The notes: generated by a model from the sequence alone, not told the origin. Shown: positions 23,695 to 37,280, counted from the stretch's first letter. The stretch is 64,000 bases of DNA from Octopus sinensis (GCF_006345805.1 NC_042998.1:163928001-163992000); one strand, 5' to 3'. Numbers and translations: made by a program.

Positions 23695-23936
23695 CAATAT
23701 TCAAAATAGTTTGATCGGATTCTGTGCTATTTCAAGTTTCGAAGCCCTTAACGGAGACTATCTCCTCAGGCTAGTGAGAATCCGAATGAACGGAGAGATG
23801 CAGGAAGTCCAAGATGTTTACTGGTAGGTGGAGTACAATTGGTCACATGATGTCACGATGGATATAATATCGCTTAGTAAGCGACAGCAGTCACGTGAGT
23901 GAAAAGATTTTCTCTGGCCACACCAATAAATACTAG

Positions 23937-24071
23937 CGAGACATAGGCAAACTGCGGCCCGCGTGATTCCTGAATTACCTTAAATGTTTTAATAGTTTAA
24001 TAGTGCAAACCTGACTGATGATGATCTATGTCTCACGCGGGCCACTTCTCAAAAAAAATTACCCATGCCTG
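23937..24071 (+). mobile_element. Short hAT-type MITE
   Basis: Left CATAGGCAAACTGCGGCCCGCG, right CGCGGGCCAC...TTACCCATGCCTG. Confidence 0.6.
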
Positions 24072-24285
24072 TAAAATGCTATATCATAACATTCAGTATG
24101 AACGCTCTTTTGACTATTAATCAATTTAGATTTTAGTTGTCAAACTCCCAGAGTGTCGTGACCCAGCAAGCATGTTGTTATGTGTGTGAGTGCGTACTTG
24201 TGTAGTGTTAGCAAAGAGCGGGAGGACTTTGCATGTGTGTGTGTGTGTGGTGTGTGTGTGTGTGTTGTGTGTGTGTGTGTGTGTG

Positions 24286-24331
<46 letters not shown>

Positions 24332-24439
24332 TGTGTGTAGGTTTGTGTAGGTTTGTGTAGTATAGTCAGTGCTAATGGGAGAGGTTCATACATGTGCTGT
24401 GAGTGTTTACACACGTATGTTAATATATGTGAATCGCTT

Positions 24440-24664
24440 CTGTTGATGGCGATAATGATGATGACGGTGGTGGCGAGTGATGATGAGGATGATGATGATG
24501 ATGATGGTAGTCATACTAATTACCGTGAAGACTGTTTTATAGTTAGATGGTAATGACAGTGATGGTGGTGTTGATGACGGTAAATGCGATGATGATGAAG
24601 ATGATGATGATGATGATGAAAACGGTAATGTTAATAATGATGACAGTGATGATGATGATGATGT

Positions 24665-24697
<33 letters not shown>
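24440..24697. repeat. Imperfect (ATG)n trinucleotide repeat
   Basis: Direct reading; it explains the poly-Met and poly-Ser ORFs. Confidence 0.9.
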
Positions 24698-25337
24698 GAC
24701 CAATAAGAATTTGTTGGCGTTTTGACGAGAGGGGTAGATGGGAGAGGATGACATTTCATCCAAAACACGAAATTAAAAACAAAAAATAGAAAAAGGAAGA
24801 AAACCTCGCCTCACCCTAATTCGACTAAATGTTGAGGTACACAGTATTTGGATTAAGAATAATTAACTCTGACCTTGTCAAGTCACGACATTTAACCCAG
24901 CTAAAATATCGCCACCGACTAATAAAAGTCTGCCATAAAGTCTCTATGCCGTCACTGGATCTACTAGAAATATCAGCCAAATCATTTTTAACTCGTTAGC
25001 GTTCAAAGCGGCCATATCCGGTCCAAATATTCTACTTGTTTTATATTCAAATCAACCAGATCTGGCCTCTTACATCTATCCTACAATGCCATTCTAAAAA
25101 TAAAACAATTACATGCTTGAAATCTCAAAGCTGTAAGATAATGCATGATTAATTCAAAAGGATATGACTAAATAAGCATTGCATTTGATACAGTTATGTG
25201 AATGCTAAAATGAATACTTTTAATGAGACGACTGGTCGATCAAATATTCCAGGCTTCTCCTTGACCGTCCAACCTACTAGAAATAGCAACTAGAACTCTC
25301 TGTAACTGTATCATACATCAATATATAAAGAATGGAA

Positions 25338-25543
25338 GGCGGCAAGCTGGCAGAAACGTTAGCACGCAGGACGAAATACTTAGCGGTATTTCGTCTGTCT
25401 TTGCGTTCAAATTCCGCCGAGGTCGACTTTGCCTTTCATCCTTTTAGGGTTGATAAATTAAGTACCAGTTGCGTACTGGGGTGGATCTAATCGACTAGCC
25501 CCCTCCCCCAAAATTTCGGGCCTTGTGCCTAGAGTAGAAAAGA
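25338..25543 (+). mobile_element. SINE family 1 (short form)
   Basis: Complete head to tail; flanked by AATATATAAA on both sides. Confidence 0.9.
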
Positions 25544-25814
25544 ATATATAAAAACTGGTCATATTGAATAAAGTAATCCTAGCATGCCATTGCAAATGAC
25601 GGAGTGGTCGCGGTTGGAATGCTCAGTTTGATTAAAGTTCAATTAGATATATTGGGTTCTGTAGTTCTATACAAAACATAACTAAAGATAGGGCGGTCAT
25701 GGCTGGAATGCTTTTTTTTTTTGATAGCTCAACCCGATCAGGCTTCATTAGCTAAGGTGGATAAAATAGTCCTAGAGAAACCATTACAAAAGACGAAATG
25801 GTTACGGATGGAAT

Positions 25815-26185
25815 GCTGTTGTAGAAGCTCGCTTTCTAACTACGTGATTACGGGTTCAGTCTTGCTACGTGGCACGTCGAGCAAGTGTCTTCTGCTATAG
25901 CCCCGGGACAACGAATGCCTTGCGAGTGAATTTTTTAGACGGAAACTGTGTTGAAGCCTGTCGTATGCACACACGCGCACGCGTGTATGTGTGTGTTTTT
26001 ATATTTGTATATATTCTCCTACTGTTTGATGACCAGTGCTGGTTTGTTTTTGTCCCCATAACTTTGTAGTTCGGTTAAAGAAACCGATCGAATAAGTACC
26101 AAACTTAAATATGTGCTAGGATCAATTTGTTCGACCAGATCATTGAACGCTGTGCCTCAATATGGTTGTAGTCCAATGAATGTAA
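25815..26185 (+). mobile_element. SINE family 2, diverged
   Basis: GGGTTCAGTC B box, GCAAGTGTCTTCTGCTATAGCC and GACGGAAACTG motifs. Confidence 0.75.
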
Positions 26186-26329
26186 CAAGTAAAAGATAAC
26201 TCATTGTATCATATATGAGAAACTCTACTATGTGTTGTACTTTGTGTGTTGAATACTCACCTGAGGTATTTTCCTTTCAGCCAAATATATTTTAGGGGTC
26301 GATAAAATAAGTACCATTTGAGCCCTTAT

Positions 26330-26770
26330 AATTGCTGGATTGCGCCAAAATTTTCATCATATCTCACGCTTCACCTGCCTGGAATTCGCCACCACGCTTT
26401 ATTACAACTAATCTGCATCTTACTACAAACTACTTTGGATACTCTCTCCTCTTACTTCACATCATCCCCATTACACAGCTCCCATCCTACATACACCTAC
26501 ATCCTCCACTACTCACAGCACATCCCACAGTACTCAGACTATCTACTTTAATACTCATACCTCCCACACTCTCTCTCCCAGCATAATTTCCTCCATATAA
26601 CTACATTAACTATCATCCAAACTAATCAATAAAACATACACATATTCTCTCTCCCTCTCCTCGTCTCTTTCTCTGTCACTCCTCGAAAAAGGATAAACAA
26701 CCGAAACGTTAGATTTATTAACTCCTTGCGGCAAATCAACACACTGAATTTTTGTACAATCTTTTAATGA
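26330..26770 (+). mobile_element. Penelope-like 3' end remnant
   Basis: C-rich tract ending in a decayed HHR-like CCTCGAAAAAGG...CCGAAACGTTAG. Confidence 0.45.
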
Positions 26771-27625
26771 ATTAAGTTTTGCCGATACAAATCACAACCA
26801 GTTTAACCTTAATTCTATATTTTACCATATTACCGACTTAATTTGTCTAACATTCATGTAAACTTAGATGATGATATTGTTCTTGTTTAACCCAGGTCAA
26901 AGGGCATTCGAGCCATAACTATCACACCTCCTTTTCTTTTATCTCTGACATTATGTACGCCGAGCTATATTATTCAATGTTTATTATTCTAAGCTCTAAG
27001 GTGGGATATGTAGCAAATTTGGCTGTTATTTCTAGCGACCGTATAAAGATTCCATATGTGACTCGCATGTATTTGTTGTCAATGTATGTGTTTTTAATGC
27101 AAAATAGTTGATGAATTTGGCAGATTTAGCTTATCGCATTTCACTAAAGAAAACAATACCATTTAATGAAGTCAACTACAACAGACTTACTGACTTGCTG
27201 TCAACACAATTGAAATGAATCGAGGTAAAGTTGTTGGGTTATTATTTGCCTTATCATTTCGCTTTCTGCTTCAGTTCACCAGGGTGGTGGTGGTGGTGGT
27301 GGGGACACCTAGTATTAACGGTTTTATATTACATTCGTTGCATACTTGCTTCAATAGAAAATAGAATGCCGTAGCGTGCCTTGGTGACATGCATCTTAAT
27401 TCCACTATCTTTACGGAGTTTTAGTTAATCATATAAAGGAATTGTCTAATGCATTTAACGAGGTATATTGTTGGCGTGTAAATTAACTTGATAGCTGAAG
27501 TAGCTGCGGCATTAATATTGTCAATAGAATACGTGTAAGTGTATAACATTAGTATGCATGCATTTAAATACGTATATATGCAATAATCCAGTACATACGC
27601 AAATATGTGAATGTATGTAAATAAG

Positions 27626-27708
<83 letters not shown>

Positions 27709-28762
27709 GTTTGTGTATATGTAATTAAACATTTATATGTGTATGTGAACAAATATGCGTCTATATATGCATGTATATATGAAAACTAAGTATTGATATA
27801 TGTATGGTTCTTAAAATACCCTTATTCATACCACTCACCAGCCTGAGTTATTTCTCTAAGCTAAATGTTGTTTAAATTATGTAAATTGCTTTACAATCTT
27901 TGCCATGTCTAAGTCATGTGTTGACTGAGGAGCAGATAGAACAATTGCTGAGTTGAAGACGTATTTTGAGATAGAAACACGTGTTGACAGCTGTTATTTT
28001 GTTCCCAGACAATCAAACTGTCCATTCCCAAATGGCATGTCCAGTCCAGCCCGGTGAATTCTTGATTCTTGGGTTTATCTCCCATTCTCATTTCGAGTTG
28101 GTCGCAATTGCCACAGGGTATTTATGTGCTATTCTCTCGAAGAAAAGATAATTTCATTAAATCAAAAACTTATCTTGTTTGGTATTAAATATACCTCTAT
28201 TGGTCTTTGTCACGTATGTCAATAAGTACATATGTATGTTTGTATGCATGCGTAATTTTATTTAAATGTGCATGCAAACGAAAATATGTTTTTACGTAAG
28301 TATCTGTTAGTTTTTAATGTTTTACGACGGAGGAGGATGCATATAAGAAAAAAAAATGCTCGGGAAGAAATATAAAAATGTTATAGACCTGAGCTTAGAA
28401 AGGATCGAGAAATTTAATTAGATTAAAGCTTAATGAGCATGGCGGTTTGGAATGAAATACAATAGCAATAATGAGAAAAATCTAACGTACATTAGATGGC
28501 CGGCCAAGACCAGTTGTAATTCAGAAGAGAGAACGTTGTAAACGCAATAGAAATTCTGAGTAGCGACATGAAATTAATGTATGTCAGCACGCTTTTGTAT
28601 ATATACTAGACTACCCGTGACCCGTTGGATAACCTGGAAAGTCTGAGTTTCCCAGCATCGGAGATTTGTTTCGTGGATTTTTTCTTTTCCAGGTTATTTC
28701 GCATGCTTTCAACGAATGTGACATCGAAATCACGCGTAAACGGCTCCTTTCCCCAGAAAAGG

Positions 28763-28881
28763 AAAGATTTGGCTGTTATTTCTTGCACTCCCTGCTACCA
28801 CGTAACATATATTTCGGGTCCTATATCGCAAATAGATGTTACGTGATAGCAGGGCGTGCTAGAAATAGCAGCCAAATCTTT
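28763..28881. repeat. Fold-back hairpin with 52 bp arms
   Basis: 28763-28814 versus 28830-28881: reverse complements with 5 mismatches. Confidence 0.85.
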
Positions 28882-28929
28882 GGAGCTGAGATACGTTGAA
28901 TGCATTCCCCAAAAATTTTGTAATGGTAT

Positions 28930-29400
28930 TCGCTTGGGGCGTTCTTTCGCTTTGACTTTCAGAACTGTCATCCAGGACTGTGCGAGTGGGTATTGACGTT
29001 CAATGAGTGTTATCTTGAGGTCTTGTAGGTGAAATTTCCGAGTGGTTGTGTCAGATACAATTGTACAGATCCTTTTAGCTAGATTGAACTGGATATTTAT
29101 TTTGGTGTGTTTAGGATGTCATGAAGGAGATACTGTTTTGAGTCTGTTGGTTTGTAGTAGATATCAGCTGCAATTTGGTCGTTGGATATTTTTGTAATCA
29201 AAATGTCCAGAAATGGGAGCTGTTCCTTGCTATATTCCATTGTATATTAAATATTGGAGTTTATATTGTTCAGTGTGGATTTGAAATCCAGGAGTTTATC
29301 ATAGGTTTCATTCCAGATGATAAAACAATCGTCTAGGTACATTTCCAGTTTTCTCTTAATATACGTCGTTTCATATAAAATTTACTCTTCCTTTATTGTA
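28930..29400 (-). mobile_element. Penelope-like element, decayed reverse transcriptase fragment
   Basis: Minus-strand peptide MYLDDCFIIWNETYDKLLDFKSTLNNINSNI*YTMEYSKEQLPFLDILI...DIYYKPTDSKQYLLHD (RT motifs 5-7 of PLEs). Confidence 0.88.
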
Positions 29401-29943
29401 TGAACGCCTTCTATTTTGGTGTAGCAATAAATGATGTCTATATACTTACAACAAGCCTTTCTTCATGATCTCACGACAAGCTCAATGACCTGTAAAAGCG
29501 GCTGTTTTTCCTGGAAAAATGTGTTCGCAATTACAATTTCTTGTAACGAACACTTTTGGTACACCTCTACAGGAATCCTTCTGCAAATGCGATTGTTCAA
29601 TAGCCTTTACATCCTTACCACAACTAAGACAAAGTCATATGAAATGAAGACGGCTATAAGTTTACAGAAAACTAATTAATTGAATTTCGTGTATTTGTTG
29701 CTAATCGATTTAATTATTTTCTGTTAACGTTCGATACACCTGATTAGTTAATAGCTATGATTTGCTCACGTTGATTAGAAATTTAATTAAATTAATTGGT
29801 GGATCAAACTTCAATAGTGACATCGTCACACTAGCTGCTTTATAATATCTGCCCGGCACTCTGCCGTTCAATACTTTACTTTCGTTTCTTAACAGTTGTC
29901 TTTTGCGAAATAGGATCTACTTCTCATCGACAACTGTGATTGT

Positions 29944-29988
29944 CACACGCCGATGACGGGTCAATACTCAGAAACTGGAGTCCGTGTG
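29944..29988 (+). ncRNA. Type I hammerhead ribozyme, minimal form, core variant CCGAUGA
   Basis: Stem I CACACG/CGTGTG, core CCGATGA, stem II GGGT-CAAT-ACTC, GAAAC-TGGA-GTC; next to a PLE RT relic. Confidence 0.75.
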
Positions 29989-30596
29989 TATCATAAGTTG
30001 AAGACGGGAAGGATGACTTCCCTTTGCAAATACTGATAGGGCACAGAAATTGTGTCTATAGCCCTGAAAACTAAGAAAACTCGAAATATCTTGTTCCAGC
30101 CATGTTAACTTAATATGGTTAATATATATTTTTAATGACAGTTTTTAAGAAACCACGTTGTTGCGAAGCAACACTATTCACTACACAATCACATTTGCAA
30201 TTATATTATATTAATATGTGTTCCATAAATTTCATTAGTTCTGCTGAACTATAGCTAGGTGACGGACAGGATTATTGGTTATGGTCATATGAAGCATTAG
30301 ATATTCTAATAGCAGACGAAACCTGTTAAATAAGCAGAATGAAGCCACAATAGACTGCAAACACAATGTCAGTATAACTTTTAAACGTTGTAGAAAATGA
30401 AGTAATTATGATGATGAGTAATAGCGTCTATAAAAACTGTTAGTTACCTTCTAACTTCACATACAAATACTTTGACTAAACTCTATTTACAAAACATCTA
30501 AAATTTCATACAGTTTACAAATAGTACTTTCCTATTGCTCCTTTCACTAAGTGTGGCACCATGGGCAAATATCTTCTATTATAGTTGCCAGTCGAC

Positions 30597-30669
<73 letters not shown>

Positions 30670-30915
30670 TTGTCTGCAGTTGTCTGTTCGTCTTCGCTAC
30701 ATAAGGTTGGTGGTTTATTTATGATGTATTCAGAATCAGTTCTGCTGACGATCATTAGACGCAAGTTGTATGTGAATCACGGTGATACAGAACATAATTC
30801 ATTTTTAAATGTCTTGCTTTGAAAAACTGCATTTGGGTATGATTAGTATAATTTTTGGTAGTAATGACTTTGTCCCTCCTAGTGTGAGGCATTTATGTGT
30901 AATAATGCCCTCTAT

Positions 30916-30988
<73 letters not shown>

Positions 30989-31018
30989 AACTGTACGTAC
31001 GCCGCTATACATAACAGT

Positions 31019-31489
31019 CAAGAACCGGATCATCCTCGCAATTTCGGCTGATTAATCTTGAGATTGTTCCAATCTGGCCTGCCCCAAGGAAAAACTAAGC
31101 TAAGAGCATTAGATTCCTTGGAAAAAAGCATCGAATGTATACGAAAAAAGGACGGAAAAACAGTCGATGTTACATGAATATAAATAACAACAACAACAAC
31201 AACAATAATAATAGTAACAGGCGTCTTTCGACTGGGGACGAATTGAATTCAGCTGACGTGTGTGAAAATGAAGCCTTACGACAGAGGGAAGAATATCAAT
31301 GTGGCAGTGACCCAAGATTAATCAGCCGAAATTGCGAGGATGATCTGGTTCTTGACTGAGGATAAAAGGCTTCGAATGACCCATCTTTGTTTTTTTTTGT
31401 ATCGTCTATCTGGATGTTTTGTTGTCCCTTTTTGTATCACCTAGTTGTCCGGATGTTTTGCGTTCTTATCCCATTTTGTATTTTATTTT

Positions 31490-31500
<11 letters not shown>
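31019..31500. mobile_element. Penelope-type pLTR family P1 in inverted arrangement
   Basis: 42 bp inverted repeat 31019-31060 / 31313-31354 with 1 mismatch; homologous to 34430-34620. Confidence 0.7.
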
Positions 31501-31571
<71 letters not shown>

Positions 31572-32134
31572 GTGATAAATAAAAATATATGCATACATAC
31601 AAACATATATGTACGTACCTACATCTACATGTATATATACATGCATATATAAATAATTATACGTGAGTACAGGACACCACAATAAGACGTAGAAACGGGA
31701 AAAACAAAAAAACAAAAAAAAACAAGAAAACGAAAAAACAGTTACAGGACGTGCTACACAAGGAAAACCCCCCCCGTCATCAGCTGTCGCTAGTAGACTC
31801 AAGCATGTTTCGAAGGCAAAGACAGAACACTAATCCACTAGGCCTTCCTGCGAGAGAATTAAAATAAAATTCCAAGCAGCGGGGCAAAATGAGTACGAAC
31901 ACGAACAGGACGTAACAATAAAATTACAAAAATAAAAATACATGTACAAAAAAATACAAATAAATACAAAACGAGAAAATAAAAAGAGAATACGATACAG
32001 GAAATCAAACACACAAGGGGACGAACGAAAAAGCCTTTTTTTCTGGCATAGACGAAGGATACTGTGGCAGCGCGTGAAGGCAGTCTTTTCAGTAATAGGA
32101 GCAACGTGTAAAAGAAATTTTTATAGGCTGGCAG

Positions 32135-32182
<48 letters not shown>

Positions 32183-32396
32183 TATGTATATTAATAAATT
32201 TTAGGGTAGCAAAAAAATTCTAGGAAATTCTAGAAAAATTCTCCGCCAGAAGGATTTTTTGGCTAATTTTGAAATTAAATCGTCAGTTATATTTACTGCT
32301 GAAAAACCGCGCGAGCGTGGTGGATTTTGAAAAGTTATAGCATATAGACTCGAGGTATGGTCCTTATCGCCTCGTGCCTATATGCTAGCCTTGGCG

Positions 32397-32482
32397 TCCT
32401 GCTGAAGATGGCAACGCCAATTGTAAAATAAAATAATTTTATTTTATTTACAAAGATTGGCGAAACTATGCATAGTCCAGGA
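32397..32482 (+). ncRNA. Type I hammerhead ribozyme with intact core and extended stem II
   Basis: TCCTG-CTGAAGA-tggcaac-GCCAAT-[AT hairpin]-ATTGGC-GAAA-CTATGCATA-GTC-CAGGA. Stem I is 5 bp perfect, stem II is 6 bp with a G-C closing pair, stem III is the palindrome ACTATGCATAGT, and the triplet is GUC. Confidence 0.85.
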
Positions 32483-32594
32483 AAGATAGGGTAAACGTTT
32501 TTATTTCTCTTTCCATTTCAAAATTACAACTATTAGTGGTTTGGAGTTTAACTGCTCTTTCTAGTGAGTCCTATTATAGCCATCTCTTATGTGT

Positions 32595-32658
<64 letters not shown>

Positions 32659-32829
32659 TTATATAATTTTTTACGTTTGTTATAAAGGTATCCTTCTCTC
32701 TCTCTCAGTGTGTGTATGTGCAAGTGCATATATTAATATAACTGAATATGTGAGCACGAATGCGTGTGCTCAGATACTGAATTTTACTTGCAGGGTCTGC
32801 AGGAAGAGCATTGCTCATGGCCGTTGCAG

Positions 32830-33780
32830 ATCCTTCGAGACTCATGAGGTTAACTTTATACTTAAACTACTCTCGATAATAGTCGACTGCAGGAAAGACA
32901 TGCGCAAAGGGTTGAGTGAAAGAATGCCAACATTCCTCGGAGAAAAGATCTAATATATTGGTTGGTTCAGGGCCTGATTAGATTGGGCACAATATGAATC
33001 ATGATAGGAGAGGAAATGCTTGAATTGAGAGAGCATGAGCATAGGAGGAACGACAAACCATCCATTTCAAAGGTATTGTGACCATTATAGCTTTTATAGT
33101 AGTTATAGAAAAGGTTGAGAACGGAGGAAGAACATTTATACATCAGATAGTAAAGTTTGTTTACGAGTGGTTTCATGTTCATCTAGGCTTTTCTTTCGCC
33201 CCCGCCTCTGTCTGTCTCTCTATCTCTGTCTCTCTCCCTCCCCCTCTCTCGAAATGGTACTGTCCCAAACATGGGACTGTTCTCCTTTGAAACTCTCACC
33301 TGCGTTTTGTAGACGAACGGCTATTGAGAGATGATCTACTCACGGTTTCTGAGATGCAGTCTTTGTTATGTTCAGGATGTGCATTTGCCAGAAGGGCTTT
33401 TCAATAACAGAGGGGCTTAACATTTAGAGAAATCACGACGGATGTAAAGAAAGGCGGGTGAATGTTTTCCTGATACTTGTGTTGTTTTCTTTTTTTACTG
33501 TTGATTGAGAGAAGATTGGCCTAACTCTATTGAGGGAAGGTTTTAGGCCCTGATCATGGAGTAAGTGCAGATCTGGCGTGCGATGTCTTGGTTGCATGTA
33601 AATGACACTCGGATGGGGAAAGTAAGGGAAGGATGACGGGTAGTATCATTCACATAAGAGTGGACGTTTTTGGAGGTGACATCGAGTAGTTTATTGAAGT
33701 ATTAAGAGAAAGTGTATGGGTAAAAACGGAATGGATTCCTGGGAACACCTAATTTTACCAGAGTTCCATCATCACAGGCT
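32830..33780 (-). mobile_element. LINE (CR1/L2/Jockey-like) 3' half with decayed RT
   Basis: GVPRNP...FNKLLDVTSKNVHSYVNDTT (decayed GVPQGS...YADD), WQMHILNITKTASQK, LFYNYYKSYNGH and AHVFPA...FKYKVN. Confidence 0.8.
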
Positions 33781-33821
33781 ACACGTGCGCACGCGCGAGT
33801 GTGAGTGTGTGGCGTGTATTG

Positions 33822-34622
33822 AAGATTGAAGGCTTCGAATGATTTGTCTGTGTTCCGTGTTCGTCCCTTCCTGTATTTCACGTTCATTATATATAAAAAC
33901 ATTTATTCTTATATTATTGCGGCGTTACGTGCACCCCCCCCGTTTGTTTGTCCAATTTTAAACCCTGCACGACTTCTATACACACTGTCTTTCCTACCCG
34001 CCATTGCTTCTTCACCAAACTATTTTGGCGCCCTCCGATTCTTCCCCCCTCTTCCTCCCATCCTCCTCCCCTCTTCCTCCCATCCTTCTTAATCCCTTCT
34101 TTCTCCTTTTCTCTTGGTCACTGATTCTGTCCCCTGCCTTCCACCCTCTTTGATTCCCTCTCTCTCTGTCTCTCTTTCTCTCTCTCTCCTGCAACCTGCT
34201 GCTTCTTAACCATTCTGTTGGCCATCGTATCTCGACCAACATGTGTCCCCGCTACCGAAACGGTAATTATTTCTACGCCAGCTGCTATGTTGTTGTTTTT
34301 GTCTCATTTGGTCTAAAGTCGTATGACAACCACCGTTATATATATTTTGTTTATTCATTACTGTTTTCAATTTCGTTCTCGTCTCTTGTATTTACATCCG
34401 TCTTGTGCGTTCACATTCCTGTCTTCTACCAAGAAATCTAATGCTTACAGCTTAGTTTTTTTTCTTGGGGCTGGCCGAGTTGGAGCAAATATCAGAATTG
34501 AACAGCCGAAATTTGCTATGATGATTCGGTGTCTGACTGAAGATTGAAGGCTTCGAATGATTTGTCTGTGTTCCGTGTTCGTCCCTTCCTGTATTTCACG
34601 TTCATTATATATAAAAACATTA
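33822..34622 (+). mobile_element. Penelope-type 3' fragment flanked by direct pLTR repeats (family P1)
   Basis: About 80 bp direct repeat GAAGATTGAAGGCTTCGAATGATTTGTCTGTG...AAAACATT at 33822 and 34540, enclosing a CT-rich tract. Confidence 0.65.
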
Positions 34623-34624
34623 TT

Positions 34625-34626
34625 CT

Positions 34627-34691
<65 letters not shown>

Positions 34692-34696
34692 CATAT

Positions 34697-34742
<46 letters not shown>

Positions 34743-34895
34743 ATATATATACACTATATATAGTGTATAAATACACTATACATATATATAGTGTATATAT
34801 ATATAAATATATATACACTATATATATATATATAATACATGCATACATGATATTATATATATATATATATATAATAATACATGCATACAGTATAT

Positions 34896-34927
<32 letters not shown>

Positions 34928-34960
34928 ATATATATATATGCATATAGTATAAATATATAT
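34625..34960. repeat. Imperfect (TA)n microsatellite
   Basis: Direct reading. Confidence 0.95.
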
Positions 34961-35913
34961 GTGTTGTGTGTATGTGAGTGTATGTATGTAGATTCACACG
35001 TATATACGCATATATGCATAGTCAAAATATAGATACCCACATACATGCATACAATTACATGACCATACTGTTTCGCTCGTGTTTATCTCTCTGAGATTGT
35101 ATACCTTCGCAGTCTGTATTTCTGCATCCCTTACACTCATATGCAGACAAAAACACGAACATACAAAGACTACCCACCTCCCATACACACTTACGAACAC
35201 TGGTTCATAATTGGTCTCTCTCTTTCCCTCTTTCTCCCCCGCTCTCTCCCCCCCCTCCTCCTCTCTCTTTCACCAGAATCTCATCTTCCAGTCATTTTTG
35301 TTTATAATTCTAATCAATACCTCCGACTCTCTCTTTCACTGAGATCGTGTCTTTGCTTCTCCGCTTGGGTGGTCTTCGTCAAATTTCAACCACCTGGACA
35401 AACAAGTTCCCTTAATAACTAACATGTCTGACTATCTTAGCCCCCGCTACCAACAGAACATAAAGATTGGAGGAAGGAGGGAAACAGAGAAGAAAAAGGT
35501 TAGGGTGAAGAATGAGAAGTCGTGGGTAGAAAATGGGTTAGGATTAGCTGATGTATGGCTGTTTTCGGCATAACTTAACGGTAAGCATATTATTAAATAT
35601 GTGGATATACAATACAAGAGATCCATATGTTTCCAAGCTGCTAGAAATAGCAGCCAATTTTTACTTAAATCACCTCATACTGTCATAAAAAGATTTATAT
35701 TCGAGACTACGTTGGATTAAACTGCTGTATCTCACGTTGCTTGAATATTACAGTCGGAATGGAACGTTGATGGAGAGCAAGCCAAAATTTGGAAGCCACT
35801 GTTGAACTATTCATTGTAAAAGTTTAAAGTTCTCACACGCACATATATATTATGTGTGTTTGAATGTGTATGTGTGTGTGTGTATCTATCTATCTATGTA
35901 TCTCTCTAATATA

Positions 35914-35959
<46 letters not shown>

Positions 35960-36058
35960 ATATGTGTGTGTGTTGTGTGTGTGTGTGTTGTGTGTGTGTG
36001 TGTACCGTTGGCGATTTTTTTCCTCCGTCTTCCCTTCTTTGGATCTTTCTTTTCCTAT

Positions 36059-36093
36059 GTTTCTGACGAAGCGCTCCGCTCGAAACGTTAAAC
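36059..36093 (+). ncRNA. Minimal type I hammerhead ribozyme in a ~190 bp non-autonomous element (36005-36195)
   Basis: GTTT-CTGACGA-AGCG-CTC-CGCT-C-GAAACGTT-AAAC; loopless palindromic stem III of the PLE mini-HHR type; triplet GUU. Confidence 0.7.
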
Positions 36094-36196
36094 CTTCCTT
36101 CTTTCCTTCTTTCCTGCGCGTCCAATAATACTAAACTTGTTCACGTCCTCGCGTTGTTGTGTTTTCACTTTGTGTTTTCATGTTTGGATTAACTAC

Positions 36197-36279
<83 letters not shown>

Positions 36280-36545
36280 GCACATTATATACCTATATAT
36301 ACACACAGATACGCACAAACCCGTGTCTGTCGTAAGGCTAGAGATGGGAACGAGGATTTCTCTCGCAAATACTAATCAGCCACAGGCAGTGTGTCGTTAG
36401 CCAGTTGGAGGAGACGTCCTCTTGGGGCTAAAAACAACAATAGCATCGTCTTCTATGGGACCGCCATATTTAGCTGTCAATTATATTTTACGATTCCGTA
36501 CTGCTACTGTTTATTCTCTCTCTCAGAGATTTGATATTGCCTATA

Positions 36546-36601
<56 letters not shown>

Positions 36602-37227
36602 TGTGTGTATGTGTGTGTGTTTAAACAATGGGACTCTGTACAGTTTTCGGCTTCCAATTCCAAGTTCCAGGCAAAATAATAACAACACTCGGAAATCCTT
36701 TTCCAGAATTTTGTGGTCGTGGAGCAAACGTGTCAACCACACGGTTAAACCACACACACACACACACACGCACACATACACACACACAAACACAGATCCA
36801 GTCAAAAGACATATGTGTTACTAAGGCAATCAGATTCTTCGTAAGTCTCCCTACTCGTAAAAATCTCTGATTAAAGCAGTCCTGAGGAAAATGGTTTGCT
36901 GGCGAGGTTTAATAAGACCCAAATATGTCGTATCTGTCACCTGAATTGTTAACAAATATTACATTTCTTCCTTGAGCAAGAATATTCAATTTTCAGAGAA
37001 ATTAATAAATTTTCTTTAAATTATCGTCCTTTTGCCTTGATAGTCACTAACACTTACAAGATTTTAACTTTTTCCAAGTATGGGACGAATTTTGTATATG
37101 TACATATATACATTCACTCCTTTCTGTACGCATGAGGTTACATGTGTGACACTATAAATTATAATAGCATCAAATGTAAATTATGTATGTGTATGTGTGT
37201 GTGTAAAAGTATGAATATATGTACGTG

Positions 37228-37280
<53 letters not shown>

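Noticed and set aside
23855-23930. Core promoter (GTCACATGA and GTCACGTGA E-boxes, CCAAT)
   Set aside because: No downstream gene, and the sequence adjoins a decayed PLE-type repeat; motifs alone are insufficient.
24407-24789. Poly-Met and poly-Ser ORFs
   Set aside because: Translations of the (ATG)n/(CAT)n repeat.
27925-28010. Possible hammerhead (CTGAGGA...GAAACACGTG) or selenoprotein-like reading through TGA
   Set aside because: Stem II does not pair and the triplet is GUG; no SECIS or homology supports TGA read-through.
29430-29680. GIY-YIG domain in the ORF at 29431-29679
   Set aside because: Only a vague Cys/Tyr resemblance and opposite in orientation to the adjacent RT; cannot be supported by eye.
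31770-31860. Permuted (type II) hammerhead on the minus strand
   Set aside because: GAAGGC/GCCTTC-GAAAC and a downstream CTGATGA are present, but stem I cannot form; more likely two partial pLTR fragments.
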